64,000 nucleotides of DNA from Paragordius varius (taxonomy: Eukaryota; Animalia; Nematomorpha), in NCBI GenBank assembly GCA_964247055.1, contig OZ176056.1, positions 1,054,001 to 1,118,000 of the forward strand. The letters are read 5' to 3'. Positions 1 to 11,100 of this stretch are shown in pieces. The position numbers and the translations under genes are program-made. Under the pieces are notes generated by a model, which saw only the letters and a list, made by a program, of their open reading frames with translations, did not search any database and was not told the DNA's origin. Every line of letters starts with the position of its first letter. Position 1 is the stretch's first letter.

Positions 1-367
1 CCATATAATTTTAAGATAATATTTTTCTGCAAATCTTTAGTTTATCGCATCTTAGATAACAATGTATAAAATTATTGGAAATTACGCACCAAAATAGTTA
101 TATACACGATTAATATAAAGGTTTACATATAATCTCGATATCTACTAAATATATTTCTTGTTTTTTTAATTTAGACCCGTACATTTTATTAACCGAAAAA
201 ATGAATTATGGATTCCAATTAGCCAAGCAGATGCTCTACTAATTTGCAATCAACCAATGCGAAAACTGTGAAAAATATTTTTTAAATTCAGATATCGCCC
301 TGATTACAAAAACAAAAATAAAATTATAGTTTCATCTAATTTATGGATATGTCAAAAATTGCGTTTT

Positions 368-3300
368 TTATTCATATGACAGTTTTAAATCAACATTGGC
401 TTCTTTGAGTTTGTTGGACATGACATAATCAAAAACGGTATTATCCGATCCGGTAAAATAATTTTTCCAATCACCAATGATACCTAACATATAAAATTAT
501 AATATGAATGAAAAGGCTAACCCGACAAAATATAAATTTACGTCGGATTTATTCTAAATGATTAAGGAAAAGAGATAATATTTTCATTTTTTAACATTCA
601 CACTTGTAAAATGGATCAATTAACACTGACTGTTTATATTACCAAATTTAACAGTTTAACTGCTTCTGGCAACCGGCTTTTTGACGGTTTATTTTTTATC
701 ATTTAATTCTCAGATAAATGGCATATTAAAAAATTCCATTTAAAAAGTCCAAATTTTGAGTTAAATAAAACACTATTTAATATTTTTGTAAAAATACCTT
801 TTCGCATAAAACTCCCCTTGGTTTTATCGAAGATAGGGATCCAAGCTCGATTGACTAAAGGATTAATTTTCATGGAATCAAACGTGGAATTTTCAAATAT
901 TTGTTGAATAGTCTGGGCGAAGTTTATTTGGCACAGTTTCTCTGGTTCAAAAATAAATTCTGCCAATTCTTGAATAATTTGTGGCAAATTCTGTATTTAT
1001 CAATCAAAATTTTATTTCAAAAACAATATTTTTGAAATAAACAACATCATTTTTTTGAAAATTAAATATGTCTAACCTTAACCATATCCTCGTAGTGTAT
1101 CATAAACATGTTATTAAATGGCTTTTGACAGTACGATCTTACATGTTCGACCCATGATCCATTTAAAACTGGATAAAAATATATTTGATTTAAATAATAT
1201 GAAATGTACTAGCGTAAATATCGACTTCTTGGGTGAAAAAAGGGATCAAAAATTTTGTGATCCATATATTTGGATTATTTCGAAACATAATTTTATAGTT
1301 GTCTCATAGGATCAAAACTGTGCATTCATACTAATATTAGTGTGAAGGCCCCAAATCGACGGCTTACGGAAAAAACCGCTGCAAAACTTTTAACTTTTTA
1401 TTCTTTATTGAACTCGTATGGATTCTTAAGATTTTGAAAATGAGCTCCAAAACCACGCCATTTTTATATGTCGTCTCATCTTTAAACCATTAGACCCCTA
1501 CCATAACATATATGGAAAAAGCGCTGAGTTAAATTCTTTGCCTATGGCAAATTCATGGAATCATCGATGATACCTTCGTCTCATGAACGAAAAATACCTC
1601 AACACTCAATAATCGTGTGCAAATTAACGGCGAATAAAAAGAACGCCTGACCTTAATTTTTACCTAGTTACGGATAATATTTTCAGCTTTCAATAAGCTT
1701 ATGTGGCTTCTAAAATTTTATTTAATTTAGCTCCAAAACAACGCATTTTCTATATAGTGGTCCAGTTTTTGGGGGGTAGTCCGAGGCTAATATAAAAAAG
1801 ACGCTGGATTAAAAATTTTGCCTTTATCGGGGAATACCTGGAATCATCATTCATTTCATATGCTTTTAATATTTTTTGGAAGAATGGCTTGAAAATTAAA
1901 GATAGTTCAATGATAGCTCATTTTTTAGGGCGTAAAGGCCTAAATAACGGCTAATTTAAAAAATATCGACTTAAATTTTTGCCTTTTTATGGGTAATATT
2001 TCAGGCCCTTATGGCCTGATAAGTATTAACTCCTAATTTATGCAATTTCGATATGGTTGCGCAGTTTTAGGCGGGTAGCTCCCACCCAGAGGCTGACACA
2101 AAAACGCGCTTGATTAAAATTTTTGCTTTTTTACGGAGAACTGGAATCGTGATTGATTCCATATGATCTCATTTTTTTGGAAAAATTGCTTAAAATAAAA
2201 AAAAAATATTCTATGGTGGCGCATTTTTCAGGGTGTGAAGTGCCTAATTAACGGCTAATTTTAAAAAAGCGCACGATCTAAATTATTGCATGTTCCGGGT
2301 ATATTTTAAGCAGCTATCGAATTCATATGGCCTGATAGGTTTTCTAAATTTTACCCCCAAAGGCACGCTATTTTGATATGACGACGCAGTTTTTAGCGGG
2401 TATCTGTTTACCCAGCAGCCAATATAAAAACACTACTAAAATTTTTGCCTTTTAACAGGGAAATATCTGGAATTCTTATTGAATTTTTACAGTCTCATAC
2501 CTTGAGTGTAAATGAATTCAAAAAATTATTTTTGTGGACAGATTTGAAAATGGCATTTTATGGAGGGAGTGGGTAAGAAGAGGGCTTAAATTAAAAAAGT
2601 GAGCCGACTATGTTCGGCTCAATCGAAAAAAAGTCAAAAACTCTTATATTTGAAATCGAATGGTCCAACTCGTTTTCCGGAAAAATGTCTCAAAGAGACG
2701 ATTTTTGTGGACTTATGTTTTCAAAAAAACCCGTTTTTTACACTGGGTGGGCCCAAACTGGGGGCCTAATTCAAAAAGAGGGCGAAGCTATTGGGGCATT
2801 CATTAATGATTATATTTTTTCGACCTTTAGTTTTGAATGGGTCTACCGGTTTTCCGGAAACAGATCACAAAGTCAGCATTTTCCATTTTTATAATTATAT
2901 AGATTTCAATTTGACCTCAAATGAATTAGTCAAATACATTTTTGCTAATCTATATATTTATAAAAATGGAACATGCTGGCTTTGTGATCTGTTTCCGGAA
3001 AACCGGTAGACCCATTCAAATCCAAATGTCAAAAAAATATAATCATCAATAAATGCCCCGACAATAGCTTAGTCCTTTTTTGAATTAGGCACGCAGTTCG
3101 GGCTCATCCCGTTTAAAAACGGTTTTTTTAAAACCCGCAAGAATAATTTTTTGAATTTATTTTTCGCCCAAAGTATGAGACGGTAAAAATCAATAGGAAT
3201 TTCAAGTATTCCCTGTTAAAGGCAAACATTCTATTTGTGCGTTTCTTTTACATTGGCTGCTGGGTAAGGAGAGACCCGCTAAAAACTGCCCCTCAAATCG

Positions 3301-6300
3301 AAATAGCGTGCGTTTGGGGCTGAATTTTAGAAAACCTATCAGGCCATATGAATACGATAGCTGCTTAAAATTTACCCGTAACATGCAAAAGATTAGATCG
3401 TGCGCTTTTTTAAATTTAGCCGTTAATTAAACGCTTCACACTCTAAAAAATACGCCACCATAGAATGATTTTTTATTTTTAATGCAATTTTTCCAAAAAT
3501 AATGAGAGCATATGGAATCAATCATGATTCCAGGTATTATCCGTAAAAAAGCAAAAATTTTAATCAAGCAAGTTTTTGTATCAGCCTGGTGGGGAGTTAC
3601 CCGCCTAAAACTGCCCCGCCATATCAGGTTGTTTAGGAGTGGATTTTCAGAAAACTGATCAGGTCATTACCCAGAAAAATACAAAAATTTAAGTAGAGGT
3701 TTTTTTTGAATTAGCCGTTAATTAGGCCCTTGCCCTAAAAAATACGCCACCATAGAATGATTTTTTGGTTTTAAGGCAGTTTTTCGAAAATCCCGCGAGA
3801 GCATATGGAATCAATTATGATTCCAGATATTACCCGAATTAAGGCAAAAATTTTAATCGAGCTTTTTTGCCTCCCCCTGGTTAGGGAACCCGCGTAAAAC
3901 TGCGGCACCATATGGATACAGCATGCCTTTGGAGCCGAATTTCAGAAAACCTATGTGCCTATGTATGTTCAATAAGGGCCTAAAACAAAAATTTTAGTTA
4001 GGGCGTTATTTCAATGAGTCGCTAAGTAAAGTTTTGCGCCCTGAAAAATGCGCGGCCATAGAAAAAAATTTTAGTTTTGAAGCAACATTTCCAAGAACCT
4101 ATAGGATATGGAATCCATAAAATTCCAGATATTTTTCAAGGCACAACTTTGCCCAATGCTTTTTTTATATATGCCCCTGGGTAAGGAGCTACCCGAATAT
4201 AGAAATTGTGTTGTTTTGGAGCTAATTTACAGAAATGAAGCCAATTAAGCTCATTAACAGCTTGAAATATTACCCGTAACAAGGTAAAAGTAAGGTCAGG
4301 CGTTTTTTATTAGCCGTTAATTTGGGGCCTTTATGCCCTAAAAATACCCCATCATATAAAGATCATTTGTTATGGTGTTTTTCGAATAACGCATGAGACG
4401 ATGTCAAAAATCATTCCAAATATTTTCCCTATAAAAACATAGAGCTCACTAATTTTTCCATATATGTCTAAGGGCAGGGGTCTACCGGTTCAAATTCAGA
4501 ATGTCTTTTTTATCATTTATATACAAGATATCAAAAATAAGTCTTTTTTCGCATGTTCACCCAATAATTGCTTATGTTTTTTATACTAAGATCATTGCTG
4601 AATAAATATTTTTTGTTAACATTATTTAAATTTGGTGTGCTTGGGGCCTTTATACCCTTAAACCCGCTCAACAATATGTTTGATTTTCGCCAAAATTATG
4701 AGATCATAACAACTTAATTAGGGGTGCAGATCGCGTATAAAGGCAAAAAATTTGCCCCCTCCCTCCAAGATGTTCGATAGAAATTAATAAAAATTATAAA
4801 TTATTTTCACAAAGAGTTATGTTTTTATTAGAAACTATGTATAATTTTAAAAATTTAATATTCTTGTCGGCGCTAGAAGATAATAAAATTTTATTATTTT
4901 TTTAGTTTTAATATTTTGGATCTAATCAACGCGGTTATATATACTTAATTTCGCAATCAAAACAGCTAACAAATAGATACAATATTCCAATAATATATAA
5001 TTAAATTGTAAGGCGTAAATCCATTAAGTTTCAATAATTAACTAAATTTTTTATTAAAAATTAACTATGAAAAAAAGATAAATTCTACCGCTTCCATTTA
5101 GGAACAAGCTAACAAAATCAGGAAAGCCAAGGTCAAAATTATCAAAGTAGGCTACCATTTTGTGAAAATTATAGTATGATACACAAACATCTTTGGGATT
5201 CCTGACCACATAAATGATCTATTCACATAAAAAGTATAAAGAGACAAGATATTACAGTTAAAATTGAGATTATACGGACAATATGTTATAAACATAATGA
5301 GAAAAGACAACTATACTTTGTAAACCTTGATTTTTCTTTATAATCTGTTTAATTACAATTTTATATAATTGAGAGTATTATCATTTAACATTTCTAATCA
5401 CTAATTTGCATTCGATAATTAATAATTGATAAAATCAAGTTTTGAAACATATGGTTGCCTTTAAAAAAATCGTCTTTTAATTTTTACGTTTCATTCGTAT
5501 AATTTCAATTTTTACTGTAAAAATTGAAATAAAATACTTTGCATCCCTTTTCTAGGCAAGATTTTGGCAACTGATCAAATCTTAAATGCGTTTGGAATAA
5601 GCGTGGTTTATCACATGAAAGATAGGTGTAAGCTTCGACATTTGTTAAAGGGATTTCTAGGTGATGTACTCTTTCAGATATATCACTACTTATGTTGGCA
5701 ATCAATTTCCTGTCATCCGTAGTTTTAGCGGTCGAATTTTCCACAAGCAGAGTTAGCAAAGAAAGAATTTGAGCAGTCCAGGTCGTACCTATAAATTATT
5801 AAAATTTAATTTTTTGATTTTTTGATAATTTAAAATAAAATAGCTAATTGGGCCTCTTAAGTTATATGTAATTGGGCACAAGAGGCTTAAAACCATTAAA
5901 ACAATTATAAATACAATAGACTAAATATCACAAATATTTTAATTATTTTATAAATATACCCCTTTACTGAAAACAAATATGATTTTAATAAAACTGTTTG
6001 TATTAATTTTAAAGATATTTTTTAAATCAATTTTCTCTAAAGTTCGCTAAAATTTATTAAAAGCCCCAAATTTAAACTTCAGACCTGATCTAGGGTAAGT
6101 GGCTATGATAATATCCGATTCACGAAATTCCATATTCATAAGAGCAACAAAATGTTCGTGTTTCGTGATATAAGGATAAAGTACATCTTCCCATTGGCAC
6201 GGATTAATTAGAGAACCGTTATATTTGCTTTTTAATTGATTTAACAAATGCTCTTCAAAAATAGGGTTAATTATTCGATGTTTAACATCCTGTAAATGTT

Positions 6301-6918
6301 TATGGTCCGTTAAATTATCAAATTTTTCTGTTTTAATTTTAGCAACATTGTTGCATGAATCATTTTGGTTTTGCAACAATCTTTGCAAAACGCTTTCGTG
6401 ATAATCACTCAACTCTTTTTCCGCTAAATCAAAATAAAATTGATATAATTTAAATTTTTAAACGTTCAAATTTTTAAGCTGATTTTTTAATTATACAAAC
6501 TATTAAAATTATACGGACAAAATGTAATCAGAAGATCCATACTTTTTTAAAATTTGATATTTCGATATAAACTATCTGATTAGAATTGCAAAATACACAA
6601 TTTGTGACATCTCTATTTCAAACTTTTCAATAAGCAATGGGTTGTATTAAAAATTTCATGGTTTAAAAAATATGGTTGTCTTTTTGTTAAAAATTTGTCT
6701 TTTTTAAATTTTGTCCGTATAATTTTATTTTTTATCGTAATATTGTATTTTAAATATATGGGAGGGATTATAAGATTCGGGGCAAATGGATTACAAACAA
6801 AACCGTTATATAAAAAATAAGCAAATTACCTTATAAATATGTTTATTTCTCAATAAAAATTGATATATTTAGACTAACTTTTACGGGAATAATCATGCCC
6901 AACCATATAAGTATTCAT
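368..6918 (-). CDS. Cytosolic sulfotransferase (SULT family), ~386 aa, 7 exons: 6918-6879, 6423-6085, 5788-5538, 5218-5089, 1168-1077, 990-798, 483-368
   Basis: The spliced translation has the 5'-PSB loop TYPRSGTTW, the 3'-PB motif RNPKDVCVS, NGSWVEHV, HYEDM and the C-terminal RKGIIGDWKNYFT. All introns are GT-AG and all phases agree. Exon 1 (6918-6879) is less certain. Confidence 0.93.
1209..2903 (-). mobile_element. Non-autonomous Helitron-like or foldback-arm element, copy A, with internal ~310-bp tandem subrepeats
   Basis: On the - strand it begins A|TCTATATAATTATAAAAATGG (2903) and ends ...ATTTACGCTAG|T (1209), which matches Helitron TC/CTRR termini in an A|T target. It is homologous to 2949-4800 (inverted) and 30655-32920. 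Confidence 0.6.
2949..4800 (+). mobile_element. Helitron-like or foldback-arm element, copy B, inverted partner of copy A
   Basis: Starts A|TCTATATATTTATAAAAATGG. 2947-3020 is the reverse complement of 2832-2905 with 3 mismatches in 74 bp. Subrepeat landmarks (GATTCCA-like) lie at ~3200, 3525, 3822, 4122 and 4413. The distal end is poorly defined. Confidence 0.65.
5265..5517. mobile_element. Tc1-type MITE family 1 (intronic copy)
   Basis: TATACGGACA left remnant and AATTTCAATTTTTACTG|TA right TIR, about 19 nt from the SULT exon 3 donor. Confidence 0.75.
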
Positions 6919-8110
6919 TTTGCCAAAAATATAACCGCAAAAATAGAATAAAGTTATATAATCTTAAAATGTTTATTAAAAACGATGCTAAATACAATAA
7001 ACATTGTGTAGTCTATTTAACTAATTAGTTTAATAGGTCACGTTACGTGAAAAAACTATAGAGTTTCAACTAAATTTAACCAAATTTTTGAGGTCAATTA
7101 ACCTAAAAACGTCTCACTTCAATATAAAATTGGTTTTGTTTTATTCTTTGAAAAAAATTGCATTATTAATCTTACAAAATCTAGCGGTTATGATCAAAAA
7201 TCAAAATAAAATACCTCATGCAAATCTCTTATTTTTTACTAGGAAGCCTTAACAAATCTATTATTTTAATATGTGAACAATTAATCTAGTTTTTTTTAAT
7301 GAAAAACTTGCTTTACCGTTGAATTTGTACGACCCTCCCCATTTTCCATGACCCATTAAATACCCTAATTTATTGGATATATATAAAAATTTAGATATAT
7401 GATTGAATTTAGGTACTGTTTTTTTACTATTTTCTTGACTTTTTTTTCACACCATATTTTTTTATAATGATAATATAAATATAGACTTGAAACCGCGTAC
7501 CTCACCACAATGCAAAAATTGAAAATTATAGAGGATCATGGTAAAAATCTAAACATGATAAGTCCTATATATAATAGCGACAAAAATAAGATAATGATAT
7601 AAATAATTTTAAGATATCTTCCGATTTTCACCTTTTTTATTGCTTAATGGAAGTATTTCTATTTGTAAGCTTTATTTTTCAACCAGTTTCTATACCTAAA
7701 AATATCGACAGATTTCTGCTGATGTGAGATATTTTCAAAATTATTATCAATATAAATAAATAAAACACTCCTGCGAATCGGAATATTTATAAATACAATA
7801 AATCATTATATTTGATGTTTGGTATTATGTTTGATTTTTTAAAACCATTTTTAACGTTAATATTTAAATTTAAAAATTCATCGACATTATTTACAAGAAA
7901 ATTAATATGCTTAAAAGTTCGTTTAAGTTGAGATAAACCTGATCCTTATATAAAAATTAACAGTTTTCCAAAAATGTCATAAGTAGATGTATTACTAATT
8001 CCTAATTGGCAAATAGTAAAAAATCTTATAAAAAGTAAAAACTCTATCATAGGAATTAATGAAATTTTTTTCAAATACCAGCTAAATTTATTCAATATGT
8101 AAAACATTTA

Positions 8111-11100
8111 TTAAGGTTTTTTTCGTTTCCGTTCATAACTAATTATATGGTTAAGATTATCCGTGGTTTTGTTCGAGCACCCTTCATTCTGACTTTGGGG
8201 TTGTTGAGAATTTGCTTCTTGATTTCCATCATCAGAACTTTTATGAGTCTTATTGTGATTGATTCTTTTATAATTTTTGCTGTATAAATTAACAAGGCAT
8301 GCATTTTCATCAGAGAATCCTGAAAGGACTACAACCCCATCCGGTGCAATGCAAGGCAAATCAGGTAAATGATATGGATTTATCCCTTTGATTATGCAAA
8401 ACAGACATATGAAAAAAAATTAAATTTTTTAATTGTGTTTCCTTTTAGTTTAAAGAAGATTTTACGGCGAAAAATATAGATTTTTAAAAAAAATATAAGC
8501 ATAATATGTAAGCTATAATGAATAGTTCAAAATAGACATTAACAATCAAATCAGTTGAAAAACAAAAATTTCAAAAATGAAATACATTGTAATTACAGTA
8601 AAAATTGCAATTATACAGACAACAAAACATAAAAACATAAGACAAATATTTTTTTTAAAAAACCGCATTATTACTTTTTTAAGCTTGATTCAACTCAATA
8701 TTTTTATCAGAAAAGTATGAAATAGAGATGTAAATTGGTCAATTAATAATACATTATAACATTGTTATGATTGTATATTTGTCCCAATGTTTTTTTTTGA
8801 ATTACAATTTTTACTATATAACTTACCAAAAAATACGGTTACAGATACCAAAGTATACTAATATATTTTTTACCCCATATTTCAAGGGTATAAGACCCCA
8901 AAATATAATTTATCAATGAAATTTATTAATGTTTGGATTAATAGTAAAATTGTCACATTTTTATACAATTATTTTAATAAAGCCACTTTAAAGTTGGGTT
9001 AAATATGGACTAAGAGACTAACACAAAATTTATAAAAAAAAGCAAATCTAAAACACAATATTTTCTAATTAAAATTTATCTTTTATTATACATATTTTAC
9101 ATTCAATTTAAACTATTTAACTTTAAAGATAAATATATATTTATACCTTGAAGTAGGAACGTTTGAACAGCCAATTCGTCAGCTAAAAATATTTGAGCAT
9201 CATACGTATTGGGTAATATATCTTGAACATTAAATCTTGAAGGGTAATTAAACCTAGGTCGACCCAAAATATGTATAAATTCACGCGCGTTTTTGCGTGT
9301 AATATCAGGAACGTAAGCCGGATTTATAAGACTACTCCCATTCTTAGCTTGACAGTAAAAATTGAAAAATGATGAATAGGTAAAAAAAGGTTAAAACTCA
9401 AAGATACAACCATACTTTTTTTATATACTATGATTTGCTAATATAAATCATACTTTTGGGTAATACAGTATGTATTGAAATTATACGGACAAAACGAAAA
9501 AATATCAAGATATATTTTTTTCGAAAAGACATCCATATTTTTTCAACTTTAATTTATTTATTTATTGGGTCGCAAAATATGGATTAGATATGTAAATTGT
9601 TAATAAACTCAATTATATCATTTAAAGAGGTAATTAAGTAGTTTATGTAATAAAATTTTAGATTTAAAAAAAAGTAGGATTGTCTAATAGAAAAAAATAT
9701 TGCTCTTTATATTTAAGGTTTTGTCCGTATAATTTTAATTTTACTGTGAAACGAAAAAGTAAGATATAAATGGGTAACTTTCACACTCGATTATCTTAAC
9801 AAGTCACATATAGATAAAATCAAGGTGTGAAAAAGTATGGTTATTTCTATTTATAAAAATAAATTATATACAACCCAAAAGACAACCACTTTTTTTCTAT
9901 AAATACAACTATACTTTTGAAACCTTGATTTTATTACTATAACTCATTTTAGCCAAAACAAAAAAGAAATTGGTAATAAATCCAATTTAATATTAATTGT
10001 TATCTTAAATTATGAGATTAAAAAGGATGGGTCTTTACAATAAAAATTAAATAAGTAAAAATGTCAACCATATTTTTTAATTTAAGACAAAGGTTCGATA
10101 ATTCCTTGATTTGCCAATATAACTAACTCATCTTAGTTAATACCAAAATGTAAATTGGAAAGAGAAGCAAGTATATATTTCATAATCGATTATCCTAACA
10201 AGTTACATAGATAAAATTAAGCGGTCAAAAGGATAGTTGTCTTTATACGGTAATAATTAAAATTAATAACCACAAAACATTGAAACATAAAGACAATAAT
10301 TTCATTCAAAAACAACCATACTTCTTTTAACCTTGATTTTTAAATGTAAATTATCGTTTAAAGTGGCAAAGAAATATATATATAAATATAACAGAAAAAT
10401 CGAGAATCTAAACAAGTCATCTAGATGAAATTATAAAAAGTTTTGTTGTTTTTATAAATTAAAATATTTGTCTAAATTTAATTACTTTGAGAGTCTTTCT
10501 GGCTGTTGCTACTTTCAAAGGCATACTCGCCCGCATTGTAATGTCCATAACCTGTATGAGGTCTCTTGGGATAAGTACAAGCATAAGGCCAAGTATTTGC
10601 TAATTGACTTGCTCGCTCTTGTGGGAAAATGAAACGATGACTATACTTTGTGTTGCTATCCAGTTTACTAATAATACAAAATCATAAAACTTATACGGAC
10701 AAAATGTAAAAATTTAAGAACAAATATTTTTTCCGAAAGATTGTTGTATTCTTAAAATATAACTCATTGTTTTAAATTGTAAAGTATGAAATAGAGATGA
10801 TGGTAAAACATGATTGCAATATACAATAGTAATTTTTAAAATTTTAGGAAAAAAATTATCAAAAAAGTATGGTTGTCTTTTATAAAAAAAATATTTGTCT
10901 TTATATATTTAAGACCGTATAATTTAAATTTTTACTAGGCAACAAACCATTATTATAAAGTAGCGTTTTTTATGCCTAAAGACAGCCGCCATACTTTAAT
11001 ATAATCTTCATTTTTATACACATTTACCATATAATTACACGTTTTATATCATTTAACAATATTTAAATCTCTATTGCATATTTTGCAACTAAAAACAACG

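Noticed and set aside
2610-3384. ORFs 2610-2894, 2791-3009 and 3202-3384 (also 32314-32505)
   Set aside because: They are chance frames within the Helitron/foldback-like repeat. There are no Rep/helicase or transposase motifs, and the frames are not conserved between copies.
7290-7360. Alternative phase-compatible first exon for the sulfotransferase (MGHGKWGGSYKFN)
   Set aside because: Similar sequence recurs at about 34610-34670, which suggests a dispersed repeat. The nearer 6918-6879 exon fits and carries the start-proximal motif.
9242-9254. GGTTTAATTACCC on the - strand, matching the start of nematode SL1
   Set aside because: The match is only 13 nt and lies inside a coding exon (RFNYP). 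No following donor/Sm-site structure.
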